A stretch of DNA of 61,586 bases, the filler included, from Dimargaris cristalligena (lineage: Eukaryota): the NCBI GenBank assembly GCA_003614675.1. It is 2 parts of 2 records of this genome, joined end to end, with 100 filler letters (N's around TTAATTAATTAA, not from the genome) between each part and the next. Parts side by side here need not be neighbours in the genome. Positions count along the whole stretch, not along the records: positions 1 to 30,764 come from ML002450.1; positions 30,865 to 61,586 come from ML002451.1. One strand, written 5' to 3'. Each line of letters starts with the position of its first letter. The first letter of the stretch is position 1. The translations under genes and the position numbers were made by a program. Below the pieces are notes generated by a model. The model did no database searches. It was not told the origin of the DNA and was given only the letters and a program-made list of their open reading frames with translations. Positions 24,001 through 36,788 of the stretch are shown here, piece by piece.

Positions 24001-25185
24001 GGGTTCAAAGTAAGGGACGCGCAATGGTGGAATTGGGTGCTGAATGGGGGGGGGGGCTGGTGTCTTGAGTAGAATGGTATAATATTAATGTAAAACAGAA
24101 TAATTGGGGTTCATGCATTAAACTGGGAGATGGCTGCGGATTGTGAGGTTGGAGTGGAAATGCCTTTAGTTGATTCTCCTCATTCCGAGTCCTCCTTGAC
24201 CTCTCTCCCCTGTGGGCCACAGCCAAAAAGAGAGTTTTCCCTGTTCTAACCCTTCAGGTACCCTACAACAGTTCCGCAATACAAGGCAGGGAGTGTCGGC
24301 GTGTAGGCATAGAAGAGTCCAGTGCAAGGTAATTTTAGGTCACCACAGTGACTGTGGCCTTACTTATTTACTTAGTTACCTGTCCGCCGGACATGGGGAC
24401 GGAAGAAGAGAGTGAGTATAAGATTCTCCATTGTCTCGCACTTGGGCGGGTGAAGAGGCTATTAATAAGGAGGAGCAGGATGGTCCTTTTTCGGTCTCGT
24501 CAATACATGGATATGGGTGCTGATCATTACTATGGCTTACGCTTCATGGCACCTTAAGCCAGGCCAAATGTCCCCCTGATTCTTTTAATCCCTTCTCACT
24601 CCTCTCCTTCTCCCCCATAGTCTCGGCAACCTCCCGCCGCGGCCTGCTTAGCCTATTCCCAATCGACCAACCCACAACGTGGGGCTTATATACCACCTAA
24701 AATGCACCACCTTGGCGGCCCAGGTACTGAACCTGAACCTTCCCCATCTCTTGCTCCCCTGCGTACCGAAGACACCCCCTCGCCTCCCGGAAACCACACC
24801 AGCTCACACATTCCCCAGCCCGGTTTCATTGCTTTGGCCCGTTCTCCGTACTTTTCAACTCCGACCTTTTCCCCTTTCTTCCAATAGTCTATTCATACTT
24901 ACTTATTTACATACCTGTGTTGGAAACCTTGTTGCAGGTGTCCCTTCTGAGTACTGCCTCGTCTAGCCAACCCTGTCCGTGTGTTTCAGTTTACCCCACT
25001 GGCGTCTCCATTGCTCCACCGACAAAGCTTGTCCGTATTTCGTTCCGGTCCCTGGTAAAGCTACTGGTGCGGCCGACTCCAATCCTCCTCCCCCCTCACA
25101 CACCACACCCATACTGCCCCCCGTTTATTCCGGGATTCCCTTATTTACTTGTGCCCTCAGCTCTTGCCCCGGACCGACCCTGCCA

Positions 25186-28100
25186 ATGTCCAGCGAATTC
25201 CTCTTCAATGCCAAAATTACCCGCGGCCTGAGCGACCGCCTCTACGAAAAGCGCAAGGCCAGTGCCTTTGAAATCGAGAAGTAAGTAGTATGGTTCAGTG
25301 TCCCTGGTATGTGCGCCGCCACCCAAGAGTCCCTCCTTTGGGTAGGCGGGTGGGAATGGTGAGCTAATAGAGCTGAGTCCCCCGGGACTTGGCTCAGCTC
25401 AACGGGCTACTTACTGTGGACTATCAGCTGGCTTTGTTGGTTTTCCCTTGGACTGTTGGAGCGACCATGGGCCAATAGTTTAGACCACTTCTTCCAGGAT
25501 ACTCGGACAATGGTGATAATGATGAAGATGGAGATGAAGGGTCAACCCCCAGGGTATCCTAGTTTACTTATTAAACCCCCTGATTTTCATTTATTGATTG
25601 GGACCATGCCACTGCCCACCCTCCTCTTATACGGGGTTTTTTGACACCGGTAGGCTTATCCGTGAGCAACTTGCCCAGAAGAATCAGGTTGGCGTGAAGA
25701 AAATCCTGAGCTGCCTCGTTAAGGAATTCGCCTATTCCCCGCAACCCTACACCCGCGGCGGCGGCTTAATCGCCCTGGCTACATCGGCCATCGCACTCGG
25801 AACGGTACGAATCTAAACATATCCATCGACGTGGTAACCTGTGTCACTCTGCTACCACCTATGTATCTTATGGTCAGCTTATGGCGGCCAGGTACTGTTC
25901 ATCCTCCCGCGATGTGGTGCTTGCCATCCTGCTGCTGCTTGGGTATTCACATTGCTTGATTATTCATCTTTTGCCGACCTATCCCTCCTCCAAACTCAGA
26001 ATGAGATTCGGTACTTTTTAGATGACATCGTGCCCCCGGTTCTGGCATGCTTCTCGGACCATGATACCCAGGTCAAGTACTACGCGTGTGAGGCCATGTA
26101 CAATATCGCCAAGGTGGCCAAAGGCGAAATCCTACGGTTTTTTAATGAAATCTTTGATGCTCTTAGCAAAGTAAGTGTTGGCCACTGTATACTACGAGTT
26201 GGTACAGCTAGTATTGATCCAGCACGCCTATCCCTAATTTCACTGTTTGCTGTTGTAAACCGATGGCGGCAGACCCATAAACGGGCCCTACTAAACCACT
26301 TTAGTGCTAACATTTACGCACTACTTACAAACATCCATACACCATCATATAGACCGCCGCAGATACAGACAAAACTGTCAAAAAAGGCACAGATCTGCTC
26401 GATAAGCTGATTATGGATATCGTTTCCGAAGAAGCTTCCACGTACGTGTCCATCGTCTCGGACATGGTGATGCCTACAACTAAAGGTAGCCAGCCTTCGC
26501 GCTCGGATACCGTGGAACGTATTGTGCAGCAACAGCAATCCGTTCTCGCCTTTTCTCTGGAGCGATTCATTCCCCTACTGACCGATCGGGTCAGCACCAT
26601 TAACCCCAATACACGGGTGTTCCTGATCAAGTGGCTCCGGGTTTTGGACTCTCTGCCTGACTTGGAATTGATCCACTATCTACCCAGGTTCCTGCGCGAA
26701 GTGTTTCTGTACCTAAGCGACCCGAATGAGGAGGTACGCACCATCACCGCGCTCCTGCTTACCGACTTTTTGGTGGAATTAAACCAAATCGCCCTAATTC
26801 GACCCCAACCAGACAAGCGCAATGCCCTGTTGCTTACCGCCACGAACGGGAGCGGATATACTGGTAAAGGGTCCGGAGCTCTTGATACCTTTGCGGTGAG
26901 TCCGAGGTCCCTATCTACGGTGGGCTCCCCGGCCTTGTCGGAAGCCCGGCCGTCCGGCATTACTAGCCCCCGACGCCCAGGACGTCAGCAGACATCAGTC
27001 GTTGATCAGGCCATCCCCCGGCTCTGTCTCGACCCCAATCAGCGTGGGGGCGTGGCTGCCACTGCGGAAGACCAGGCGTCCTTGGCCGAGGATTTGGCTG
27101 GTGCTATATCCGACCCACTGGTGCCCGGACCCGGCGAAACCGATGCCCGCATCGCCTGGGTGCCCCGCCAGACTGTCGAAGTGGACTTTGCCAGCCTGAT
27201 CCATATTATTAACGACCTGCTGAATTCATCCGACCATGATGTCCAGCACGCCGCCTTGCACTGGATCGCCAAATTCATTACCATGGTCCCGTCCGCCGTC
27301 GTCCCGTTCACCCCCAACCTTATCGAGCGGATCCTGCCATCGCTCTCCCACGAGAATGAAGCCATCAAGAAGGCGGCCGTCTACGCTAATGCCAAACTCT
27401 ACCACCTGATTCAGGATATACCCCTGGTAACCCCTCCCACACCGTCCCCGACTCCACTCTCCACCCCCGCCGCCCCACCCGCCGCTGAACCCCGCTCTCG
27501 TAAATCGCCCCCCGACAACGGTGACCCCCGGTCTCCCGTGAGTGATATCCATGAGCGGCCCATCTCTGGCGTGTCTTCCCCGCGACGCTCGGCCTCCGCG
27601 CTGTCCCAGAACTCTAATCGCTCGGCTTCCCAGTTAAGTCCCAAAGACCCCTCCTCACCGGCTCTGCCAGACCAACTCCCCCTCCCGCACCCAACGGGTA
27701 AAGCCTCCGCGGCCACATCCCCGCTGGCCTCCGTAGCCGTCGTCCCGGACGGGGAATCTGTTGGCGATCGGTCGCCCACGGCTAAATCGGACGGACCTGC
27801 TGCTCTTTCCACCGAAGCCACAGCTGGGGAACAGTCCAGCCCCACGGCCAAGTCCGATACCTCCATGCTCGCCACGGTTCCCCAGGATCCGTTTAATCTG
27901 GCCAGTACCGTCACGACCCTGATCGTCACCTACTCCAACGGGCAGGAAGAGACCCGCATTTCCTGCGTGGACTGGCTCCTCATGCTCCACCGTAAAGCTC
28001 CCCTCCGGATGGCCAAAGAGGAAACCCTAGTATCGAATGACGGGTCGTTCCCGGTGTTCCTTAAAATCATGTCGGATCCCTCCGAAGAAGTGGTCAAGAA

Positions 28101-29826
28101 GAACCTCCAACTCCTGGCCCAATTTTCGGCCTACCTGGATACGGAGTATTTCCAGCGGTTCATGGTGAAACTCCTCGAACTCTTTAGTACCGATCGCCAA
28201 CTCCTGGAAACCCGGGGCAGTCTCATCATCCGCCGGCTGTGCGTCAGCCTCAATGCCGAACTAATTTACCGCACCATTGCCGAAATCTTGGAAACCAACG
28301 AGGATCACGAGTTTGCCAGCATGATGGTACAGAACCTTAATACCATTTTGGTGACCTCTCCCGAACTAGCGGAACTTCGGCACCGCCTCAAATATTTGGA
28401 CACCAAAGACAGTCAGCTCCTGTTCGCCACCCTCTACCGGTCGTGGTGCCACAGTCCGGTGGCGACTTTTACCCTCTGCCTGCTCGCCCAGGCCTACGAA
28501 CACGCCGCGAATCTACTCCCGATTTTCGCCGAAATGGAAATGACCGTGGCCCTATTAGTGCAGGTGGACAAGCTGGTCCAACTCATCGAATCCCCCGTGT
28601 TCACTTATTTGCGGCTCCAACTCCTGGAACCGGACCGGTACCCTTACCTGTACAAGTGCCTGTACGGCATTCTCATGCTTCTACCCCAGAGTAGTGCGTT
28701 TAACACCCTGCGGAGTCGCCTCCATAGTGTGAGCGCCCTGAGCTACTTGCACACAGCCCGGTTTCATACCGAATTGGGAGGCGGTATAGGAGGTGGCGGG
28801 TCCCCGCTGGGTTCGGCCGTTAATTTATCCGCGAGTAGTGGTATATCGGGCATGGGTATGGGTGGAGGAGGAGCTGCAGTTGGCACAGGGGCCGGTGGGT
28901 TATCCGGTGGTTTGGGGGGAAGCGGTAGCGGTTCAGTCTCGGGGATTCCGACCGGCAGCGGGATCGGGGTTGGACCAGGTAAACGATCCAAAATGCTGTC
29001 CTCATCCCATCCACCCACCCTGGCCCAGGCCGCGAGTGCGGGCCATGCCTCGTCGAGCCCGGTGCCCGACCGCAACAATGATCCCATCAAATTTAATGAA
29101 CTATTGATCTATTTCCGGAACATGCAGCTCAAACACGCCAAGTTCTTCCAGTCCCAAGGTAAGGCCTCGCGGCTAATTAGGATCGCCGTCCTTCTTAATG
29201 TACCACATGTTTGGACCATTATTGAACCACAATGATAATACTTGGACTAGTCGCCGGAGCTGATACAGTTTCGGGTGCTTTATTATCAGGTTTATTATTA
29301 AGAAATAAGTATTTCGTGAGGTTAAGGCAAACTGCTAGGTGATCCTTATTTATAATTTGGTGTGTTTGATATCGCTGAACATTCTGAACTAACCCCTTTT
29401 CCACCCCTTTAAATTTACCATCTAGATTATCCGTTAGGTCGGGACCCCTCAGCCACGTCTTCATACCGGATGTCCGATGGCCCAGGTTCGACCAACCGTC
29501 CCCCACACGGACCCATCAGCGGCGGTATCTCCCGACCGCATTACTTATCCTCACTCACCGTTACCGGCCCGGACGATTACCATAACCAACCACTCCATCG
29601 CCGGTCCAGTGGGTCGCCGGGCCTCTATGGAACACGGGGTCGTTCGCCTTCCATCCTAGGGTCGGGTTCCAGCAGTGGTGGTGGCAATTATAATATTAAT
29701 AATAATAATACCAATTCCAACGCTAATCTTTCGGGGCAAACCACAGCGACCAGTAGTACCCGCACGACTCGGGGGCCTTTAGGGCCGGCTGTCAAGGCCA
29801 TTCGCCGGACCATTGGCAAACGTTGA
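25186..29826 (+). CDS. VAC14: PI(3,5)P2 regulatory scaffold Vac14 (exons 25186-25280, 25654-25804, 26000-26170, 26353-29158, 29426-29826)
   Basis: RGLSDRLYEKRKASAFEIEK, RGGGLIALA, Fab1-binding region VKYYACEAMYNIAKVAKGEIL, and Fig4-binding region LYRSWCHSPVATFTLCLLAQAY and DKLVQLIESPVFTYLRLQLLEP. Introns are phase-consistent. Confidence 0.96.
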
Positions 29827-30595
29827 AACTAGCTCGGATATCCTCTTGGACATTACCGGCAATTTTTATTAAACCATATGCGCCCCCCCCCCCTCTCTTC
29901 GCCTCTTCATTATGTTGAGCCTTGGCTTTATTGAGTTTTCATCATCCCCCCTCCCTATTGTCATCACTCACCCCTCCATCACCCCTTCCATTACATTACA
30001 TTTTTGGCATCCTTTACTTACCTTGCTTTACCCAATCCCCGATCATTTCAATCTATTCCATGGCAATTATTATAATTTATCAATTCCAACGAATATACCT
30101 CTATACGGGCTTGGATTAAGTGCTGTTGTTCAGGTGGTCTATGCGAATATCAATCAGGTCTTCAATCCAATATAATAGGCTACCGCGAAACCATGAGGAT
30201 ATATAGCGGTTTCAATAGCACTAGTTGTTTCTAGGTAGCGCACTAAAAATACCCGGAATAACTAGCTAAAATCGGGGCATTACACCATGGTGTTATTACT
30301 GAACCATGCGCATGTATTGAGTAAAACTGCCAAATAAACCCAATATTAGAGAGTGCCGTATTCAAACAATCCAGATTTACGTGCTTAGATGAATGACTTA
30401 TCCCTTACAAGAGAGCATTAGATCATAATATTTAATATATGTATATATATATATATATATGTACTGACGTCGAGTTCCGATGAGGTATCACAATTCAATT
30501 GTGGTCCCACACTGGTAATTGTAGATTAATCGGTCATTTTTGTAAGATCACTATTTGTTTTTCAGTGTGAGTCCATCAGCAACCCATAGTAGTCA

Positions 30596-30764
30596 ATATG
30601 GGAGAAGTTCAATCAAGCTATATAACGATTTGGATGAAAGTTCCAATTGATGTAGCGGGACTATTTTTTTATCGAAACGGGAAATAGGTAGATCGATGGG
30701 ACTTTTTTTAAAAATGTGGGAAAAATGATCCCCGACCCTGTGATCAATCATAAGACCTATAATA
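30596..30764 (+). mobile_element. TIR element copy 3 (diverged, contains insertions, runs into the gap)
   Basis: ATATGGGAGAAGTTCAATCAAGCTATATAACGA, then an insertion of about 8 nt and AAAGTTCCAATTGATG..GGACTA matching the consensus. The right end is lost at the N-run. Confidence 0.65.
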
Positions 30765-30864
30765 NNNNNNNNNNNNNNNNNNNNNNNNNNNNNNNNNNNN
30801 NNNNNNNNTTAATTAATTAANNNNNNNNNNNNNNNNNNNNNNNNNNNNNNNNNNNNNNNNNNNN
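30765..30864. other. Artificial gap linker: N44-TTAATTAATTAA-N44
   Basis: Exactly 100 nt. The central palindrome puts stop codons in all six frames, a known contig-joining spacer design. Confidence 0.95.
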
Positions 30865-31612
30865 AATGTCGTACTCGCCCATTTCCACCTGCTCTGTGCC
30901 CTATGAGTAGATACGCTGGTTGCAGGCTCAACGTTCTGACCGAAAGGTTGTTTAGTAATGTTAGAATTATTATGAGTATAGTGGTAAGAGATAATTTACT
31001 GCTGGAATGGTAAATTCGATGGTAAACGTAAGTGCCTTCAGATACAACTAAAATGATTTAAAGAAGAGAGAAAGAACCGCAAGGGGCAAGGCCAGATGCC
31101 CGCGGTTGGTTTTATTGAGTTGGAAATACCAGTAATGATGATAAAAAACGTTGTTCCGAGTATAGGATGATATAATCATAGATATAGTATAGTCCCGAGT
31201 ATAGGACAGACCAATCAGAATGATGGAATCGGTGGGGCGGGAGAAATGAATTTCTAACAAATACTCAGGTATTTGTATGGTTAGTGTCAATCTGATATAT
31301 ATATAGTGCTCCATAGTGTATGATTGGGGAAAGCTTGTATTATTTATTTTATCTGGTATAATCATTTCTGAACCTATCCATACTGTTACAAAAGAGGTGC
31401 TGTCACTGACCCCAATGGAGTATTATATATCGCCTCCGAAACTGTGGGTGGAAAATACCCCGCCAAACCAAAAACCAGTCAGATAGCAGAGGCCATCAAT
31501 GGCGAAGGGCCTTCACTGATGATCACGTGGACACTCCCTGGTTTCACAGTCAGGCTTATTTAAACCCACCAATAGTGTTTACATAATGGGGAGAGCGGCC
31601 TTGAGAATGAGC

Positions 31613-31756
31613 ATATGGGTGAAATTCAAACCAGCTGTATAAGGTTTTACATAATACGTGTATGGGCGAATATATGTGAGAATAGCTTTTAACCAGTAAT
31701 ATTGGTCTCATCCAATGGATTTTTCACTATACAGCCTGAATGAACTTCTCCCATAT
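31613..31756 (-). mobile_element. 144-bp TIR element, copy 4
   Basis: Full reverse copy with about 15 substitutions and no indels versus copy 1 (hand alignment). Confidence 0.85.
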
Positions 31757-32332
31757 GGATAACCCTGAGATTGGTCCCAACTGCATTGTCTGTTTCTATA
31801 ATAATGACATTTTGCTCCCAAATATTCTAATAAAATTAAAGTGTAAGACTGTTTTCGAATGTATACCTCTTAAAGTAATCACCTGTGTATAAAAAGGGAG
31901 GTATACACGAGGGTAAAGACAAAAATAATCAGGATTTCTTTGGTACATAATTATTGGTATGACCTTAGATATTTATGTGACATATTTAATAAGGTATTTA
32001 TTACTCATTAAAATCACCATGGCCCAATTTTCCTGATATCGCTCAGCCTCTCCGCGACAGACCGAGGCATCGCCATTTTCTCAATATTTCCAACCTCCAT
32101 TCCCAGCGATATCCAGACGTCTTCGACCTACATCCATCTTTAAGACCACTTTCTTAAGAGCTTTTAGTGCTGGTAAGATAAGAGATTGCATCCATGCAGT
32201 TATATATTATTTAGATTCGCTTGATATATAAAAAGTATTAAAAGATAGGGTAGAAAGTCCGGTTGATTAAAAATAATTGGTAAATAGGCGAGCTGCGCTG
32301 CCTAGAAATAAATTCAGTGCCTAATGGGTGCA

Positions 32333-33884
32333 CTAGGCGGGTAAAATAACTGAGTGAATATCTAGACTCGTTGATTTCTTTTCCGAGATGGATCCATCGG
32401 GAATGATAGTTGGGGAAGAGGTCGGAGAACTGTGGCATTGGTAAGCATACATGATCAATATGTATCATAGGTATTGCGTTAGTTTCAAGCAGGGTCTAGA
32501 CATTGACATTCAGAAGGATGGCTATCCGTATATTGCTACATAATAAACTATATCAAGTTATAATAAATTACCTCATGTCCTTCGATTCATAGTGCTGTGA
32601 GTCGGGTAGCTTGCTAACCGAAAGGCCTAGGGAAACGAAACCCAGCATGACAGCGGAAATAGTTATAATTCCTTGATACCGGTAATCCACGCCGGCCGCA
32701 TCGATATTCCAGGCAATGGTACCGCCGATGGCCTGCCAGGCAAGGAACGCCCCCGTCATCATGGACACCTCCGACGTGTCTGAAGTAAAGCAACCAATCA
32801 GCCAGAATGCGGTCATGTTCAGCCCGATATCGATGAAGCCCCACACGACAAAAATGGGCCACACGGCCCAGTAACGGCCTTCGCTCAGGTCCATGTAAGG
32901 CGATGGCTCGTCAGGCGGATAGTGCCATTGGACCTTGAGGGCGCCGATCCACGAACCCACCAAACACACCACTAGAATGAGGGTGGCCACGGCCCCGCGC
33001 CGCTTTACCGTCCAGGTCGGCTTATCCAAGAGATGCCCGTACACCAGACTGGCGACAATGGATGATAGACGGTAGAACATGAGGTTAGCGCCCCGGCTAC
33101 GGATGCTGAAGAGCGAACCGTTGTAACCGTTGAATTGGTAGGGGGCCTGCCATTGGGTGATAATCATGTACGGTGCGGCGAGTAACATGCGACGGTTGAG
33201 AAAAGCTCGGCCTAGCGCCATGAGTTCGGCCCGCCAGCCGGGGAAATGAACGTGTTGAACGTGGGTTTGGTCACTTCGCCGCACAGCCTCGGCCGGGACC
33301 AGCAGGACCGTCAGGGCCAGACCAATGACTGCCAATACGATGAAAACCACGTAGGTGGGCGCGGTAAGACCCCGGTTTTCCATTTGAAAGTTTAGGCCAA
33401 GGGCAATGGCCCCTGCGATTACCCCACTCAGCGAGTACATGACGTGGAAAAAGCCCAGGGACATGCCCTTGGAACCCTCCCCTGGGTAAGTCAGGCTAAA
33501 TAAACCCTGGGTCGTCCACATAATCACCGTGCCAAACCCGACCAACGCACCCGAAGCAATCACGAAACCGCTGTTCTGGATCTGCGTATAAGCCAGTAGG
33601 GAACCGGTGTAAAGGGCGAAAGGGACACCCGATATTACAGTTGATAAACGGGGGCCTAGGTAGTTGACAATACCGCCCGCGAAAAAGCCGAAAAAGGCCG
33701 CCGTGGCATTGACCGCTAGGTTAGAATACGAAGCAGCGGCAAAATTATCTTGACCGCCACCACCTATCGTGGTAATGGCGATGTACATGCCATAGGTGAA
33801 AAGGATAATAACCGAGAGGATAAAAATTTGGAAGTCGGCGTCGTGAATCTTGCGGCCAACACGGCCTGGGAGGGAGAGTGACAT
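32333..33884 (-). CDS. MFS transporter, UNC-93-like/DUF895 family (exons 33884-32572, 32429-32333)
   Basis: About 12 hydrophobic segments, with family-type motifs GMYIAITTIGGGG and FFGFFAGGIVNYLGPR. A GTAATT donor at 32571, branch ACTAAC and CCACAG acceptor add the tail SSPTSSPTIIPDGSISEKK...PA*. Confidence 0.85.
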
Positions 33885-35653
33885 GGTCGAAATACTGATA
33901 CCATAAGTATGTAGACACTAGGCAAAGAACAGTTGGTCCAGCGGAGTATGGGGGAGTGTGGTTGCGTTGGAATTGCGGGATAAAGAGAATTCTGACCCTG
34001 TAAAGAGTTTGAAACCAAAACAGTCCCTGAATGAATACTGCCGATATAAGACTCACAAAATAATCGGTTTCACCCGAGAACTACTACAAATTAAAACTAG
34101 AGGGAAATTAGCAATGCAGAAAAGGCCATTAGGGTGGCTACTAGTCAAGTTATAAGAACGGCGGATTTAATAACGGGGGTGAAAAAAAAAGAGAAGGAGA
34201 GTAAGAGATAACTGAATCCGCGGTTTTGGGTGGATAGTGAAAATGGGGATCCGGAGCCCACCAATAATACGCACCCCACTGCTTGGTTGAAGCCCATAGA
34301 AAACATAATATACATTTGCGTTGCAAGCGAGCCAGCACAACTAACTACCTTCTCCATTCGGGGGAGAGATATCGGATGTTTTCGTGAAGCGAAGAGGCCA
34401 ACTGGTCAGCGTGAATAGCCCAATGTGAAAAAAAAAGTAAGGAGGAAGGCATCCGATGATCGAGTGCGACAAGACAGGGGAAAAGTGGCGGGTTTTACAG
34501 GCAAGCTTAGTTATTGCCCATTTCATAAACTGAAGACCAAAGTACCGGCATTCTTAACCAGTAGTCACTCTCTCGTTAGATAGCACTTAACATATATGAG
34601 TGGCGACGGAATTGGTTGCACCAGTCCCCTCCTCCCTTGATTAGCCGGTATGAGAGTTTTATACCCGCTGGTGTAACTAATTGGCATGTGCTGGTCAGCC
34701 AGACCCCCGATTGGCCGGTTCAGAAGAGAAGCTAGAAATGAATTGCCGCCTTAAACAGACAACGAAATATGTTCAACCAAACAGCTAGTATACCTCCCTC
34801 TGTCTTATGCTATCATTGCACTTTCCATAATTCCAACCAATTTAATGACCGCTTTATTTAGCAATCCTTTGGTTCAACCGCTCCGAACCAGGTGGATATT
34901 TCCTAATTGGAGAATTCCCCGGTCAATAACGCCATACAGGGTGCCGGTATCCTGGTTAGTGCATATGCACTCAACGACAGCAATTAAGCAAGGGGCGGGA
35001 TGTGAAGTTCAAGACAGGCGTTCGGCCAGGCCCCTGGGGTTGTTTGGCTCGGTATCTGAAAGCCCTGCTTCAGGCTTATTAGACGCTGGTTTATGATTCA
35101 TTCATCTGGATCCAACTTGATCTCTCCATTAAATACACAGTAACAATGCGGGAGTATTATGAATGGATCCCAAGTTCCAATACCCGATTGATACACATAT
35201 GGATTTTTAGGCAGTGGGGGTAGGTGAGCCACAGGTAGGAGCTGGGGAGACCATAGGTATGAAGGGTGTAAGGGGTTCCTACTACCAGTGATGTTGGGAA
35301 TAAGGGGGGGGATTACAATGTGATACTAAACAATACTACTAATTAATACTGAACTGGCAATCTCAAAGAACCAGGGTTAGAATTGACTGCTACATTAATA
35401 GATCAGTAGTTTCGTTAGTATTTGTACTACACCATGAAGAGCAAAAGTTGCTGTTAGATTGCAATATCGGCAATATTGACCAGAGGTTTATCATGGTTTA
35501 ATTGGGGGCAATCCTTTATCTCGAAATGAGGTATTATAATAACAATGCAGCCAAGGTTATCATTCTTATATAAATTAAGTTAGAGTGTGGGTGGGTATGA
35601 GCTGATATTTGAATATTGTATATTCTTAGTTTGATATGGATAATAAAGCAAAC

Positions 35654-36788
35654 TGTTACCCAGGTTTACCACTCTTAGTCTGTCAACAGTCCTGAGGATA
35701 GGCTTCTAATGGTAGGTGGGGCTTAGACCCAGCCAAGTGGACTACTAGCATTAGGATGGGAGCACAGTACTATCTAATAAAGGATAAGTGCAGGTATATG
35801 TAAGGGATATGCAGTAAGTACACTTACTAGTTAGTACAAGGGGGTGAGTATATATAGAGTTTATTGGGATTGTTACCTGGGTTAACCACTCTTAGTCCAT
35901 CAAGAGTCCTGAGGATAGGCTTCTAATGGTAGGTGGGGCTTAGGCTCAGCCAAGCAGGCTACCAGTATTAGGGAGGGGTCAGTACTAACCAGTAAAGGAT
36001 GAGTGCAGGCTAATGCAAGGGACGTGCAGCAGGCACACTTACTGGCTAATACAATGGGTAAGCATATAAGGAGTTTATTAAGGTAAACATGGGGGTAAGA
36101 AAATAAGCTAAGGAACTGAACCGGTCCCAGAGGGGCCCAGTTATTTATACATGGGGACTGCTCATAGTGAGGGGTCCTTAAGAGCAATGAGATGACTAAA
36201 GAAGAGCTGAGGGTTGGGCCTCACCCAGGGGGCTTACATCCGGAAGACTCCACTAAGAAAGGGGTAACATTGGATCAGCTGGTGGAGTATTGCATAAGAA
36301 ACATTGGGACCTGGTCATAGTGGGTTATATAGTTGAGGGAGGAGTAATATGGCACTATAAGGTGATAGGATAGGACAGTCAGTGTTCCATATTTAGGAAG
36401 GATTAGGTGGGCCGATAGGGATAAATAGGGGTAGGAAATAAGCTAAGGAATTGAACCAGTCCATAATGGGGCCCAGTTATATATATGCAGGGACAGCTCC
36501 AAAGGGAGGTCCTAAGGGAAATGCTACTAAGACTAAGGTATAGATAGATATATAGGCCGACCAGATGGCTTCATATCTAGAAGACTCTTATGGGAACTGG
36601 AAGACTCTTTTAGATCATTAGTTGAGTGTTTTGTATAAAGTATTGGGGCCAGAAGGAGATGGGTTATATACTGAATGATGATCCCAGAGTACCGGGGGTA
36701 ACTATGGGAGGGTTAATATGGTGCTATAAGGCTTAATAAGGGCAGACAGTCATTAAGTCCAGATTAAGTCAGATTAGGAGGGCTGATA
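35654..36788 (-). mobile_element. Degenerate solo LTR (outer), split by an insertion; pieces 35654-35870 and 36423-36788
   Basis: The two pieces align in order to the inner copy and share its termini (TGTTACC ... GG(C/T)GATA). No PBS, PPT or coding sequence is adjacent, and no clear TSD was found. Confidence 0.7.
35871..36417 (-). mobile_element. Solo LTR (inner, 547 bp) flanked by a GGGAT 5-bp target-site duplication
   Basis: GGGAT occurs at 35866-35870 and 36418-36422. Termini are TG...TA (probably CA mutated to TA). On the minus strand TATAAATA (36142-36149) precedes AATAAA (36074-36079), the U3-R-U5 order of an LTR. Confidence 0.75.

Noticed and set aside
25370..25400. GAGCTGAG...CTCAGCTC hairpin in VAC14 intron 1
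   Set aside because: Short stem seen once, with no ncRNA motifs.
30809..30820. TTAATTAATTAA palindrome as a biological site
   Set aside because: It sits centred in a symmetric N44 spacer and is a six-frame-stop assembly linker.
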